From Callorhinchus milii (Eukaryota): DNA of 64,000 bases. Below, piece after piece: positions 1 through 12,154 of this stretch. The notes below the pieces were generated by a model. The model made no database searches. It worked only from the letters and a program-made list of their open reading frames with translations, and had not been told where the DNA came from. The stretch is from assembly GCF_018977255.1 (NCBI RefSeq), contig NW_024704742.1:37388001-37452000 (forward strand), given 5' to 3'. Numbering within the stretch: the stretch's first letter is position 1; each line of letters opens with the position of its first letter. The translations under genes were made by a program, and so were the position numbers.

Positions 1-1285
1 TGATTTAACATCTTATCTGAAGGACAGCCTCTCGCTTGTGCAGCACTCTCCCACCATTGCACAAGAATGTCAGCCTAGACTATGAGCCCAAAGTCTCAAT
101 GTGGGGCTTCAACTTACTTACTGTCTGACTCTGAGGCATTCTATGCTTTGTTGGGAAATGGCTGCAGTTTGGAGCAGAAAATCACGGAACCATAATAATT
201 TACAGCACAGAAGGTGGCCATTTGGCCCATCATGTCGGCACTGGCTGTTTGAAAGAGCAATCCTTTCAGTCCCATTTACCTGCCCTTTCCCCATAGCACT
301 TTTTTAAGATATCTTAAAGAGCTTTGATTTCAGGTATTAACATTGTTATTTTACCACAAACCAAAATATTATTCCAATATGTTTATCAAAACAAGAAGCG
401 GGAATTGAGGAAAGGGAACTTTCCAAGTCCCCAAATTTCCTTTCAACAGCGTATCTATGCTCAAATTCTAATAGAGAGCCCAACTCGCTATAGACAAAAT
501 TGCTGGTTCATTGTTGCTGCTGTGAGAAAGTGAAAATTATATTGAGCAGAGTTTTTTTTTTAGGAAATTACCTGGACGAAATTCCCCACCCATCAACCCT
601 GCCCTTGCTAGGCTCTACTGTCTCCCCGTCTCTAAGCAGATCGATTTTAATATCCTCACCTATAAATCCTTTCACAACTTAGCACATCCCTATCACTCTA
701 ACTTTCTTCTATCCTACTCCTCTGTTCACCCCACTCCTCTGATCACCACCTCTGCTCTCGGGCTTGCTACTTGTCCCTGGCCTTTCCGGCAACACAATCA
801 GTGGCCAAGCCTTCAGTTACTACACTCCTAACCTCTGGAACGCCCTTCCCCTACCCCTCTACCTCACAGGGCTCTCATGTCTTTAAATCACACCATAACC
901 CCTATTTCTTTGACCACATCCTTGATCACCTTCCCCTTACACCACTCTCTTGCTCAGCATCCAATTCAGACCCCGTGTAGTGCTCCAATATGTTATCCTA
1001 TGTGTGGGATGCTACATACATGCAATTTGTTGAAAAAATTTCCACTTCAGGAGCTACTTGACCCAGATTGTCTATTTCCGGCACAGATGGGGGAGGGGGA
1101 GTTGTTTAACATCAATCAAAAGACAGCACAAACTCCTCTCCATGTTAACAATGTCAATATGTCCACTATCCCTCTTCTTCAATAACTCAACTCCCCTTCC
1201 TCTTCAATAATCTGTTGACCCTCCTCCTCCTCCCCTAAGGAACTCCATTCTCAGGCTCATGTTCTTCTCCAGTGTTACTCTGTTG

Positions 1286-2678
1286 CCCCCCCCCACCCCC
1301 CCCCCCACCACCACCACACACACAGGACACATCACACATGCGCACACAGTCCAGGCCCACCCACCCCCCCACACACACACACTCAGTCCCCACATACACA
1401 CTCAGCCCGCGCACACACAGTCAGCCCCCCCACACACACACGCAGCCCCCCCACACACGCTCACTCAGCCCCCCCCAAACACATGCACTCAGTCCCCCAA
1501 CACACACAACACACTCAGCCTGCCCCCCCACACACACACTCAGCCCCCCACACACCAACATGCACTCAGAGCCCCCCCAAACACACACACTCAGCCCATA
1601 CACACACGCACTCAGCCCCCCCACGTACATACACACTCAGCCCCCCACGTACATACACACTCAGCCCGCACACACAGTCAGCCCCCCCCACACACACACA
1701 CACACGCACTCAGCTCCACTCAGCCCCCCCCACACACACACTCAGCCCCCCCACACACACACTCAGCCCCCCACGTACATACACACTCAGCCCGCACACA
1801 CAGTCAGCCCCCCACACACACACAGCTCCACTCAGCCCCCCCCACACACACACTCATCCCCCCCACACACACTCAGCCCCCACACACACGCACTCAGCCC
1901 CCCCCACGCACTCAGCCCCCCACATACACACTCAGCCTGCACACACAGTCAGTCCCCCACACACACACTCAGCCGCCCCCACACACACTCAGCCCACCCA
2001 CCCACACACTCAACCACCCCCCACGCACACTCAGCCCACCCACCCACACACTCAGCCCACCCCACGCACACACTCAGCCCACCCACCCACACACTCAACC
2101 ACCCCCCACGCACACTCAGCCCACCCACCCACACACTCAGCCCACCCACGCACACACTCAGCCCCCACCCACACACACTCAGCCCCCCCCCACACACACT
2201 CAGCCCACCCACACACACAGTCAGCCCCCACCCACACACACTCAGCCCCCCCCACACACACTCAGCCCCCCCCACACCACTCAGCCCCCCACACACACTC
2301 AGCCCACCCCACACACACAGTCAGCCCCCCACCCACACACACTCAGCCCCCCACACACACTCAGCCCCCCCACCACACAGTCAGCCCCCACCACCCACGC
2401 ACTCAGCCCCCCCCACCGCCACTCAGCCCCCCACGCAACTACTCAGTCCCCTCCACCCACACTCACCCCCCCCACACACACTCAGCCCCCCCACCCACAC
2501 ACACTCAGCCCCCCCCACCCACACACACACCCACTCAGCCCCCCCACTCACACACACACACATACACACACACTCAGCCCCCCCCCCCCCACCACACATA
2601 CACACTCAGCCCCCCCCCCCCCCCCACACACACACACACGCATACACTCAGCCTCCCCCACCCCCACCCACTCAGCCC
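1286..2678. repeat. C/A-rich minisatellite, unit ~ CACACACACTCAGCCCCC (about 17-22 nt, variable)
   Basis: Dozens of CTCAGCCC cores separated by (CA)n and C runs. Confidence 0.95.
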
Positions 2679-2845
2679 AGGTAGGACATCCCCCAACACA
2701 CACCTGGTGGACTTAAGTGACGGTGGAGGATGAGTTAGTGGAGACTCAGGACACCTCACACCCAACCCCCAAACACACACACTGACAGCCTGTTGCCACT
2801 CAAAGCAAAGCCACACGGAGTTGAGAGAGAAGCCTCGGGGCTGGA

Positions 2846-3187
2846 CAGCACAGTGTAGTGCAGTGCAGTACAGTGTAGTGCAGTACAGTGTAGCACAGTG
2901 TAGTGCAGTACAGTGTAGCACAGTGTAGTGTAGCACAGTGTAGTGCAGTACAGCGTAGCACAGTACAGTGTAGTGCAGTACAGCACAGTGTAGTGCAGTA
3001 GTGTAGTGCAGTACAGTGTAGTGCAGGACAGCATAGTGTGGTACAGCGCAGCACAGTGTAGTGCAGGACAGCACAGTGTAGTGCAGGACAGTGTAGTGCA
3101 GGACAGCACATGTGGCACAGTGTAGTGCAGGACAGTGTAGTGCAGGACAGCAGTGTGGCACAGCACAACACTGGCAGCACAGCACAG
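2846..3187. repeat. Pentamer-based array (CAGTG/TAGTG/CAGTA/CAGCA/CAGGA)n
   Basis: Clear 5-nt periodicity with higher-order 15/20-nt units such as CAGTGTAGTGCAGTA and CAGTGTAGTGCAGGA. Confidence 0.95.
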
Positions 3188-3230
3188 CCTCCAGCGCTGT
3201 CACTCGCTCCACTCGGCACCACAAACATGT

Positions 3231-3240
3231 CCATATAAGG
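3231..3240. promoter_or_regulatory. Perfect CArG box (SRF site) CCATATAAGG
   Basis: Exact CC(A/T)6GG match. The context ATGTCCATATAAGG resembles the c-fos SRE (GATGTCCATATTAGG). It lies in a unique-sequence island between tandem arrays. Confidence 0.45.
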
Positions 3241-3310
3241 CTGACAGCCCTGTACCATTGCGGTGTCAGGGCGGCCTGGGCCCCCCCTCCCTCCCTCCCC
3301 CCGGAGCCCC

Positions 3311-3805
3311 GGGTGGCAGTGTGTGGGGGGTGGCTGTGTGGGGTGGGGGGGGCTGTGTGGGGTGGGGGGTGGCTGTGTGGGGGGGTGGAGGGGCTGTGTG
3401 GGGTGGGGGGGGGCTGTGTGGGGTGGGGGGGTGGCTGTGTGGGGTGGGGGGGGTGGCTGTGTGGGGGGGGGTGGCTGTGTGGGGGGGGTGGCTGGTGGGG
3501 GGGGGGTGGTGGTGTGGGGGGGGTGGCTGTGTGGGTGGGGGGGTGGCTGTGTGGGGTGGGGGGGTGGCTGTGTGGGGGGGGGTGGCTGTGTGGGGGGGGG
3601 GGTGGCTGTGTGGGGTGGGGGGGGTGGCTGTGTGGGTGGGGGGGTGGCTGTGTGGGGGGGTGGGGGGGCTGTGTGGGTGGGGGGGGTGGCTGTGTGGGGT
3701 GGGGGGGGTGGCTGTGTGGGGTGGGGGGGTGGCTGTGTGGGGTGGGGTGGCTGTGGGGGTGGGGGGGTGTGGCTGTGTGGGGTGGAGGGGCTGTGTGGGG
3801 GGGTG
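3311..3805. repeat. G-rich minisatellite, unit ~ GGTGGCTGTGTGGGGTGGGGG
   Basis: Repeated GGCTGTGT cores between G runs of 4-10 nt. Confidence 0.95.
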
Positions 3806-3839
3806 TCCAGCAGCAGGTTATGGGGGGAGCACATTGAGC

Positions 3840-5209
3840 CCTCCACCGCCCCCACACACACACTCCCCTCACCCACACCCCCTCACACACACTCCCCACA
3901 CACACACACACCCCCCACACTTCCCTCCCCCACCCACACCCCCTCACACACACTCCCCCCACCCCTCACCCCTCACACACACTGCCCCCACACACACATA
4001 CCCACACACTCCCCCCCCACACACATACACACACCCCCCCACACACACTCCCCCCTCACACACACTCCCCCCACCCCTCACCCCTCACACACACTGCCCC
4101 CACACACACATACACACACTCCCCCCCCACACACATACACACACTCCCCCCCACACACACTCCCCCCTCACACACACTCCCCCCACCCCCCACATACACA
4201 CACTCCCCTCCCCCACACACACACTCCCCCACCCCCCACCATACACACACTCCCCCCCCCACACACACACCCTCCCCACACACATACTCCCCCCCACACA
4301 CACTCCCCCAACCCCCCCACACACACTCCCCCAACCCCCACATACACATACTCCCCCACACACACATACTCCCCCCCACACACACTCCCCCAACCCCCCA
4401 CACACACTCCCCCAACCCCCCACATACACATACTCCCCCACACACACATACTCCCCCCCACACACACTCCCCCAACCCCCCCACACACACTCCCCCACCC
4501 CCCACATACACACACTCCCTCCCCCCCCCACACACACTCCCCCACCCCCCCACACACACTCCCCCACCCCCCCACACACACTTCCCCACCACCCTCCCCT
4601 CCCCCCACACCCCTCCCCCCCCCACACACACACTCCCTCTCCCCACCCCCACACACACACTCCCCCACCCCCCACATACACACACTCCCCTCCCCCCCAC
4701 ACACTCCCCCACCCCCCACACACACTCCCCACCCCCCCACACACTCCCCACCCCACCCCCCCCCCACACTCCCCTCCCCCCCACACACACACTCCCCCCC
4801 CACACACACTCCCCTCCCCCCCACACACACACTCCCCTCCCACACACACACTCCCCCTCCCACACACACACTCCCCTCCCCACCCCCCACACACACACTC
4901 CCTCCCCCCACACACCACTCCCCTCCCCCACCCCCCACACACACACTCCCCTCCCCCACCCCCCACACACACACTCCCCCCCCCCACCACACTCCCTCCC
5001 CCCCCCACACACACACTCCCCTCTCCCCACCCCCACACACACACTCCCCACTCCCCCACACACACACTCCCCTCCCCCCCCCACACACACTCCCCTCCCC
5101 CACCCCCACACACACAGCCTAACCCCCCACACACCCCCTCCCCACCCCCACACACACACTCCCCTCCCCTCTCTGTCACCCCCACACACACACTCCCCTC
5201 CCCACCCCC
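3840..5209. repeat. C/A-rich minisatellite, unit ~ CACACACACTCCCC(C/A/T)CCCCC
   Basis: Repeated ACACTCCCC cores. It abuts the AFF1 promoter. Confidence 0.95.
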
Positions 5210-5582
5210 GGGGTCAGCCCCACAGCCCTGTGAGCTGAGCTGAGCTGTGCTGAGCTCCGGGTGGGGGGCGGGTGGAGGGCTGTGGAAGGCTCTGACCCTC
5301 TGTGTGGGGCTCAGCCCTGGAACGAGCGTTTCGCTGAAAGGGGCGGCGGCGGAGGATGCGTTCAGTGGGGAGGGACCCGGGGGCGGGGGCCGGGGCCGGG
5401 GCCGCGGGGGGGGCGCCAGCAGCCCCCACTGCTCGTGCGGGGAGGCAGGAGGAGGCTGCGGAGGGAGTGCCCGGGCTCCTCGGGGGCTTCCTCTAGAGAG
5501 CAGCTTATGGCCAACCGCTCGCCACTGGCCACACAAACCGCACCATGGCCACTCACTCCAGGTACCCGCGGGGCGGCGGCGC
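5207..5582 (+). promoter_or_regulatory. CpG/GC-rich promoter and 5' region of AFF1 exon 1
   Basis: High CpG density against a CpG-depleted background, GC box GGGGCGGGG at 5380-5388, short (GGC)n at 5342-5352, directly upstream of the AFF1 start codon. Confidence 0.75.
5545..5561 (+). CDS. AFF1: AFF1 first coding exon (coding part): ATG GCC ACT CAC TCC AG = M-A-T-H-S-(S), phase-2 end
   Basis: Strong Kozak context (cgcaccATGG) in a CpG/GC-rich region, with donor CAG|GTACCC. AG|C joins exon 47748 to give [13 protein letters not shown], matching the known human AFF1 N-terminus MAAQSSLYNDDRN. Confidence 0.85.
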
Positions 5583-5616
5583 TTTCATTTGCAACTTTTT
5601 ATTAGCTATAATATTA

Positions 5617-6040
5617 GATATATATATATATGTGTGTGTTGTGTGTGTGTGTGTGTTGTGTGTGTGTGTTGTGTGTGTGTTGTGTTGTGCGCGTCTCATG
5701 TGCAAAGACCCGCAGTGACATACGGTGCAAAAAAAAGGTTTTGGCGATTCACTTTTTTTTGTGTGTTTTTCCAGATGTGTGTGTGTGTGTTGTGTGTGTG
5801 TGTGCGTGTGCGTGTGTGAGGGTTTTTTTTTCCCCCCTTTGGTGGGGGTTTTATTCGAAGGAAGAGGGAAGGGAAAAGGAAAAAGAAAGGGAAGGAAAAG
5901 GAAAAAGAAAGGGAAGGAAAAAGGGGGAAAAAAAAATAAAAGGTCGACAATAAAAGTGGTCCCGCTCCAGCCAGCTATGGCTCTCGGTTGTGTGTGTGTG
6001 TATATATATATATATTTTATATATATATATATATATATAT
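5617..6040. repeat. Cluster of (TA)n and (TG)n microsatellites and a polypurine (G/A) tract (~5860-5940) at the start of intron 1
   Basis: Seen directly in the sequence. Confidence 0.9.
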
Positions 6041-6248
6041 TCTAGGTGAACCCTGTTAAATATATTTCAGGGTTTAACCCAGGCCGGTGCTGGCCAGACC
6101 CTCCCTCCCTCCCTCCCTCCCTCCCTGTGTGCGCTCCGCAGCTGAAAGTTCTGACACTGTCACTGGTTTGCAAACCGAGCGAAGTTGCCAAAGGGAGAGA
6201 CACTCTATGGACCCGTGAATCCGCTGATTTGGTAGTAGGGAGAATATT

Positions 6249-6464
6249 AATAACAATAATAATAATCCTCGCATTTGATATAGCGCTCTTCACGTCGGGA
6301 GGACGTCCCAAAGCGCTTCACAGAACGCGCTGTAAAGTGAAGCGACTGCATACTTGTGGGCGAACGCGGCAGCCGATTGCGCACAGCAGTGTCCCACAAA
6401 CAGTCGTATGGATTGAAAATGACCCGAATTTATTATTGTTGTTGTGTTGGAGGGATTATTATTA
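6249..6464 (-). mobile_element. 5'-truncated copy of the tRNA-derived SINE
   Basis: Reverse complement of the 3' two-thirds of the 8912/54486 SINE, including the (TTA)n tail. Confidence 0.85.
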
Positions 6465-6735
6465 TGCAGGTGTACTGCACATGTATATGGTTACACGAGC
6501 AAATAACCCTGCAGCGTGCAGTAACACTTTGTTGTAAGTGCATCTTGATCATTTTTGTTCGCTGCAGTTACATTTTCATGGCTCAGGTCTTATTGGTAAA
6601 ATTAGGCCTGCACTTCAACTCTTTTATTTCCCAAAGATCACATCGACTCATGTTACTTTCTCGTTCGTGTCTTCTCTGGAGAAGAAACTTGCCCAGTGTC
6701 TTCTCTGGAGAAGACACTGGGCAAGTTAGGTGATG

Positions 6736-6806
6736 AGATGTCTAACTGAGCTTCTTTAAGATGTCTAACTGAGCTTCTTTAAGATGTCTAACTGAGCTTC
6801 TTTAAG
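6736..6806. repeat. Three perfect tandem copies of a 23-mer AGATGTCTAACTGAGCTTCTTTA
   Basis: Units at 6736-6758, 6759-6781 and 6782-6804. Confidence 0.95.
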
Positions 6807-8911
6807 TGTTTTTTTAAAAAAAAGAGATTGTGTGTTTCTTCTTGGCATTAACTTGATTTGGAGAATTCTCTTAATACAATATTCCTACAGGATTGGCTCA
6901 AAATTCATTCAACGAGAGTTAGTTCATTTCTACAATGCAGGAAAATATGATACATCAGGTAGAAAATATACAATCTGTTTTTCACTTAGCGGATCTAGTA
7001 AAATAAAACGATTACTATTGGAATGCTTGATTAAATATGAAGTAAGAACAGGGTTTACTCCCAGTGGGGTGTATGACTTGATAATACACTACTGTATTTT
7101 GACCTGTTGCATAACATCCTTTGGATTTACTGCATTGATCCTTTGCCCTGTGAATTTGTTTTGATATTGTTTGTTTGTTTTCTAATTTACTGTCTATAAC
7201 AAACAGCCACTATTTATTTGTCAACTTAACCCAACATTACTAATTCTCTTTCCTCCACTTTTGACACCCATTGATGTACAACTTTCCGTATGTTGAGTCT
7301 AAAACTTTTTTAAAAAGAAATATTGTAACTTTTATATTCCACTTTTGTTTTCAACCTCTTCATTACGTTTTGAGTATTGTCACTGGTGTAGAGTTGAACA
7401 TTTTCCCACTTTGGCAATTCAAAGCTCCCTTTCTGCAGAATACCCGCACACATACACCACATCATTGAGGAATTTTCTATTTCTGGCTAAAGCTATCAGT
7501 ATGGTTTCTGATACTGCCCGTTTGTGAGAAATGATGGGACATTGTGTTGTGAGCTACTTTCCGATTATCTAAAATTGAGCCTCCTATTGACTAGCTGAGA
7601 AAGAAGACTCATGTTAGCTCAAGTTCAAGAACTGAAAGATAGTCTGGTAACCCACTGTGCTGCCCACTTCCCCCTCAAACCTGGGTTTGATTCATTGTTT
7701 GTTGATTCTGAGTAATTTTTATAGTTTGTTTTGAAAAGAAACAGTCAGTTTTGAACTTGTCACTCAGTGTGAAAGATGCCCTGGATACATAGACAATAAC
7801 AACAATTTACAATGCAATGTCTTGTGAATATAAATACTGTACCAGCAGTTAAAGGATTAAAGCAACTGCCAGCAATTGACTTGTTGTTTATCCACTGTTG
7901 AACACCCACCCACATTATTCAGTTATTTCCAATAGGATTGTACTGGGCTGATGAGAGGTTTGCATTGCATTGAAATTATCGATTGTTCTATATTTCCTTC
8001 CCCTTGTAAGAGCATGAATGTGTCTCACAGTTAGGCACTCAAATTTTTGGGTTGGGAGCCAACAAACTTGCCCATGGAGGTAAGCTAAACTGGGAATGTT
8101 GATTATGGCTAACATTTGAAACCTACCGAATGCTGCAGATATTCGTTGTTTAACTTGCATCCATTTTAGGTGAGACTTAAAAAGTGGATCACCACATTGG
8201 GGGGGGAGAGAAGCAAACGTGCGATCTCTTTGTGCCCAACAACAGTTGGTCGTTTTGTACCTCAGCTGTGTGCATACCTCCACTGGTGCAGCCAGCTCTG
8301 ACCCAATGGTGCTGCGTGCTATTGATATAGTGAAAATCAGGCCCAAGACTCTCTACGTGGAGTGAGGAAATGGAAGGCAAGCTCGTGCCCAAGGACCTCT
8401 CATCAGTCTCCTAACAATCAGTCAGATAATGAGATTGGAAGTGGCCTAAGTCCACGCTAAAAATTATATTGCATTGTGGTACCTAAAAGACAAATTCGAT
8501 GTTGCTGCTTCCAGACATAACCTGGTGCTTGACACTGCTCTGACCTAAACTGCATTATACCTCAATCTCTTACTTATCCATATAACATACAGCAGTACAG
8601 AGAATTGTCAACTGGGAGAAAACAATTGCTAGGTTTACTGTTGATTTTTAAATCAAAGTTCATTACCTCACGATGGAAAGAATCTGAGAGTGCAATTTTG
8701 CAGGATGTGTTCATGCAAGTCGCAGGAAACTTAATAAAATCAATAATAAAATCTGAGGGCCATTCCCCCCTCTCCCCCCCCCCCCCGCCCACACACACAC
8801 ACACTCTCTCTCGTCAGTGTTTGCTTACCAAATGTTATTTTCAGATTATCTAAACTCATCAATCAGTTAAACTAAAGATGCCCCAATGTTGTTCTTTTTC
8901 TCTGCAAGTGG

Positions 8912-9233
8912 GGAGTCCTGTAGCTCAGTGGTTAGAGCACTCGCTTTGCAAGTGAGAGACCTGAGTTCATTTCCAGGCAAAGGGCGAAACCTTGGGCAAG
9001 TTTCCTTACTCCACACGCCTAATAATAATCCCTCCAAAACCAAAAACAATAATAAATTGGTCATTTTTCAATCTACGACTGTTTGTGGGACATTGCTGTG
9101 CGCAATTGGCTGCCGCGTTCGCCCACAAATATACAGTCAATTCACTTTACAGTGTGTTCTGTGAAGCGCTTTGGGACGTCTTCCCGACGTGAAAAGAGCT
9201 ATATCAAATGCAAGGATTATTATTATTATTATT
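8912..9233 (+). mobile_element. tRNA(Ala-like)-derived SINE, young subfamily, full length
   Basis: Head GGAGTCCTGTAGCTCAGTGGTTAGAGCACTCGCTTTGCAAG with A/B boxes, Deu-SINE-like body (CTGTTTGTGGGACATTGCTGTGCGCAATTGGCTGCCGCG), L2-like tail ending in (TTA)n. Confidence 0.9.
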
Positions 9234-9262
9234 CTCTTACTCCTCCTGTAATGAAGACGGTG

Positions 9263-9368
9263 AATAATAATAATCCTTGCATTTGATATAGCGCTTTTCA
9301 CGTCGGGAGGACGTCCCAAAGCGCTTCACAGAAACACACTGTAAAGTGAATTGACTGTATATTTGTGG
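9263..9368 (-). mobile_element. SINE 3' fragment, tail-to-tail with the 8912 copy
   Basis: Reverse complement of ~9123-9229. Confidence 0.85.
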
Positions 9369-12154
9369 ACAAATTATACCTAAGTACAGTTCCCAGGGTG
9401 ACCGCATCCTTGGTAACTTGTGCAAGTAGCCTTTCTTCCATGTTTCAGCCTGACCATGAGTGGGTAATGAATTATTTGACCATATAAGGCAACACAGACA
9501 CATCTGATTCTATGGTTACCCAATACGTTCCTACATCTTCCCATGTCCAGCAGAAATCATTTGATAAATTTCAGTAGCAGGAATCGTCTTATTCAAGGAG
9601 CAGTGTAGCTAGATGTATATTGCAGTTGGACCCAGTTGCTAATCAAGCTAAGGTTGGTAAAGGCACAGTCCAAGACTAAAACTGGGACCTTTAACATAAA
9701 AGCTATTATTTCTGAGGTTGGTTTAACACCAGTGCTAACCTCGCTCTTAATTACTGCATTGCTCCACAATACAACAACAGTTGGCACTTATATAGTGCCT
9801 TTCATATAAGGAAAGTGTTCAAGTCACTTTACAAAGGCAGAGTGGGAGCTGAGTAGGCGCAGGAAGAGATTTGCAAAGGGGCAAAATGGCTGAAAACTCG
9901 CCTGCCGATGGTAGAACAGAATGGGAGGAGATATGAAGCAACACTGAGTTGGAGAAGGGGGAGTCGTCAGGTGAGGAGAGTTGCAAGATTCCAGAGATGC
10001 ACTGGGTCAAGGCCCGTAGAGACATTTGAAGATAGGGAAGAGGAACTGCAAAGTTGAGCTTCTGGGAAAAGAGAGCCAGTGAAGCCGAGTGCAGGAGAGG
10101 ATTCAGGCTGCAGTTTTTGATTGTGTGGAGCTTGTGGAGGGTAGAGCAGGAGAGGCTACCAAGCTGGGCCTTTAGTGTGGGCACGGATGAAGATTTCAGT
10201 TGCTCACAGAACTAATCCTTGCTGCTGAATCCATATAATGTTATTTGCTGAGGAAGGACTAGTTACATTGTTTTTTTCAAAGATAATTTAGGACACATAG
10301 GTATATATTTTGCCATTGTGCCGTGCCGTACATTTTTGTTATTGCTTGGGCTTGGTTTTGTGAATCCAGAAATTGCACCATCTCACAGTTATGCTGCAAC
10401 CGGCTTCACCCATGCAGCAAAAGCATTCAGCTTCCGTATGCAATTTCACTAAGAATCATAGAATCATACAGCACATAAGGAGGCTTTTCAGCCCATCGTG
10501 TCTGTGCCGACTCTTTGAAAAGAGCTTCCAAATCAATCCCACTCCCCCGTTCTCTCCCCATAGCCCTGCAAGCTTGTCCTCCCACTTGTGCTAGTGCTGC
10601 ACAGTTTACATTGACCTTTTAAGGCAGCTCAGTGTAAGCGGTCCCACCTCAGTAAATCAGTCCCATTCTGTGAATTTAGCAGAAAGGATCACAAGCACAC
10701 CATTTTGTATTGATAATCAAGATAAGTAATTAGTACTGGAGTGAATTACTTTTTGGACCAAATTGCTGCAGATGTTGACTCATCGATGTACCAAATGCTT
10801 GTATAATGTGAGAACGAGAAATTGGAGTTTTGGGATCAAATTCAGCCCTTTGTTTTCCACTGTAAACTGAGTATGATTTGTCAGGCTTACTTCAGTCTCA
10901 GTTCACCTGCAGTATTTTGTTTATGATTTAACTTCTCCAGATTCAAGATGATCTAGTTTCCGGTGGGTCGATTATTCAATGATTTTTTTTAGGGTTTGTG
11001 CTGACAGTCTGTGAATACTAAATGCTGAATCATGTAAACTCTGGTATGATGTTAATGGTGTGTACTTGACTCTAGTCTATAAACTGTATTGTATTCGATA
11101 ACACAACCACAGTGGTATTTGATTATTTAAATGCTTGTCATCAATTGCCAGCACATTTATATACGGCTAACATATTGATTTCCGAGAGTCTGGAAACACC
11201 AGTTCTACACAGTGCACTCAGCTTCTGGTTACTCAACTCCCCCTCCTCTGTCCCCTCAAAATCACTGTCATCATTCCTCTTCTTAAAAAGCCCACACTCG
11301 ATCCCTCCAACCTCTGAAACTTCAGACCCATCCAAAGTTTTGGAAGCGTCGTTGGAAATCAATTTCGCTCGCATTTCTCCCTCCACTCTGTACTCGAACC
11401 TCTCCAGTCCGATTTTCACTCCAGGATAGCGTGAAGTGAGGCTGCAAAGGTTGAAACTATATATTTGGATTCCATAGACTGCTCAGTGATTCCTACATCA
11501 TTGCCAGTTTATGATGAATCTAGTTAATGGTGGTGGGTTGCACAACAGTCTTTAACTATGGAGGAGCAAGTAGCAAATGTGGTTCTTGCATGGACACCAG
11601 GTATAGTGACCACTGTTATTTGGATCAGCTGGTATTACCTATGTTACTGGATTGCACTGCAAAAGGCTGTGCATGCAGGATCAATTCAAATTTTCAAGAC
11701 TGAGATGGATAGATATTTGTGATGTCAGGGTATCAAGGGATACAGGGCAAAGAGGGGTAAATGGAGTTGAGGTACAGATCTAATAGAATGGTGGAACAGG
11801 CACGAAGGGCTGACTGGCCTACTCTTGTACCTGTGTCCCTATGCACCAAATTCTAGTTTCAATTCACAAAATGGTAATCGAAAACCTCCCTGAGTGCTTT
11901 TTCTGTTGCCTTCCACAATTGTAGCCCATTGATTCTCGTTATCTAGTCAAGCACAGTTGCGCCTTCTGAAGTACTAGAAGACTGGTGGTGTTTTTAGGGA
12001 GGAGGGAGATTGGTAATACAGTACTTTATTTGGACTAACATTAAATATTTTTATTATGTCTCCATTTTACATTGATGATGATAATTTTTACATTTGATAT
12101 AACACTTTGCAATTCAGGAGGATGTCTCAAAGCACTTCATAGGATTCACTAGAT

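Noticed and set aside
2756..3166. LHYTV/ALHCT repeat peptide on the minus strand
   Set aside because: It is simply the translation of the pentamer array.
5232..5257. (GAGCT)n pentamers resembling immunoglobulin switch repeats
   Set aside because: Only about four units with no Ig context, so chance similarity is likely.
1259..5536. Very long Pro/His/Thr-rich and Gly/Val/Cys-rich ORFs (up to 696 aa)
   Set aside because: They are open in nearly all six frames because the C/A- and G/T-rich satellites rarely contain stop codons. There is no domain or splice structure.
6736..6806. CRISPR-like 23-bp direct repeats
   Set aside because: The repeats are contiguous with no spacers, the context is eukaryotic, and there are no cas genes.
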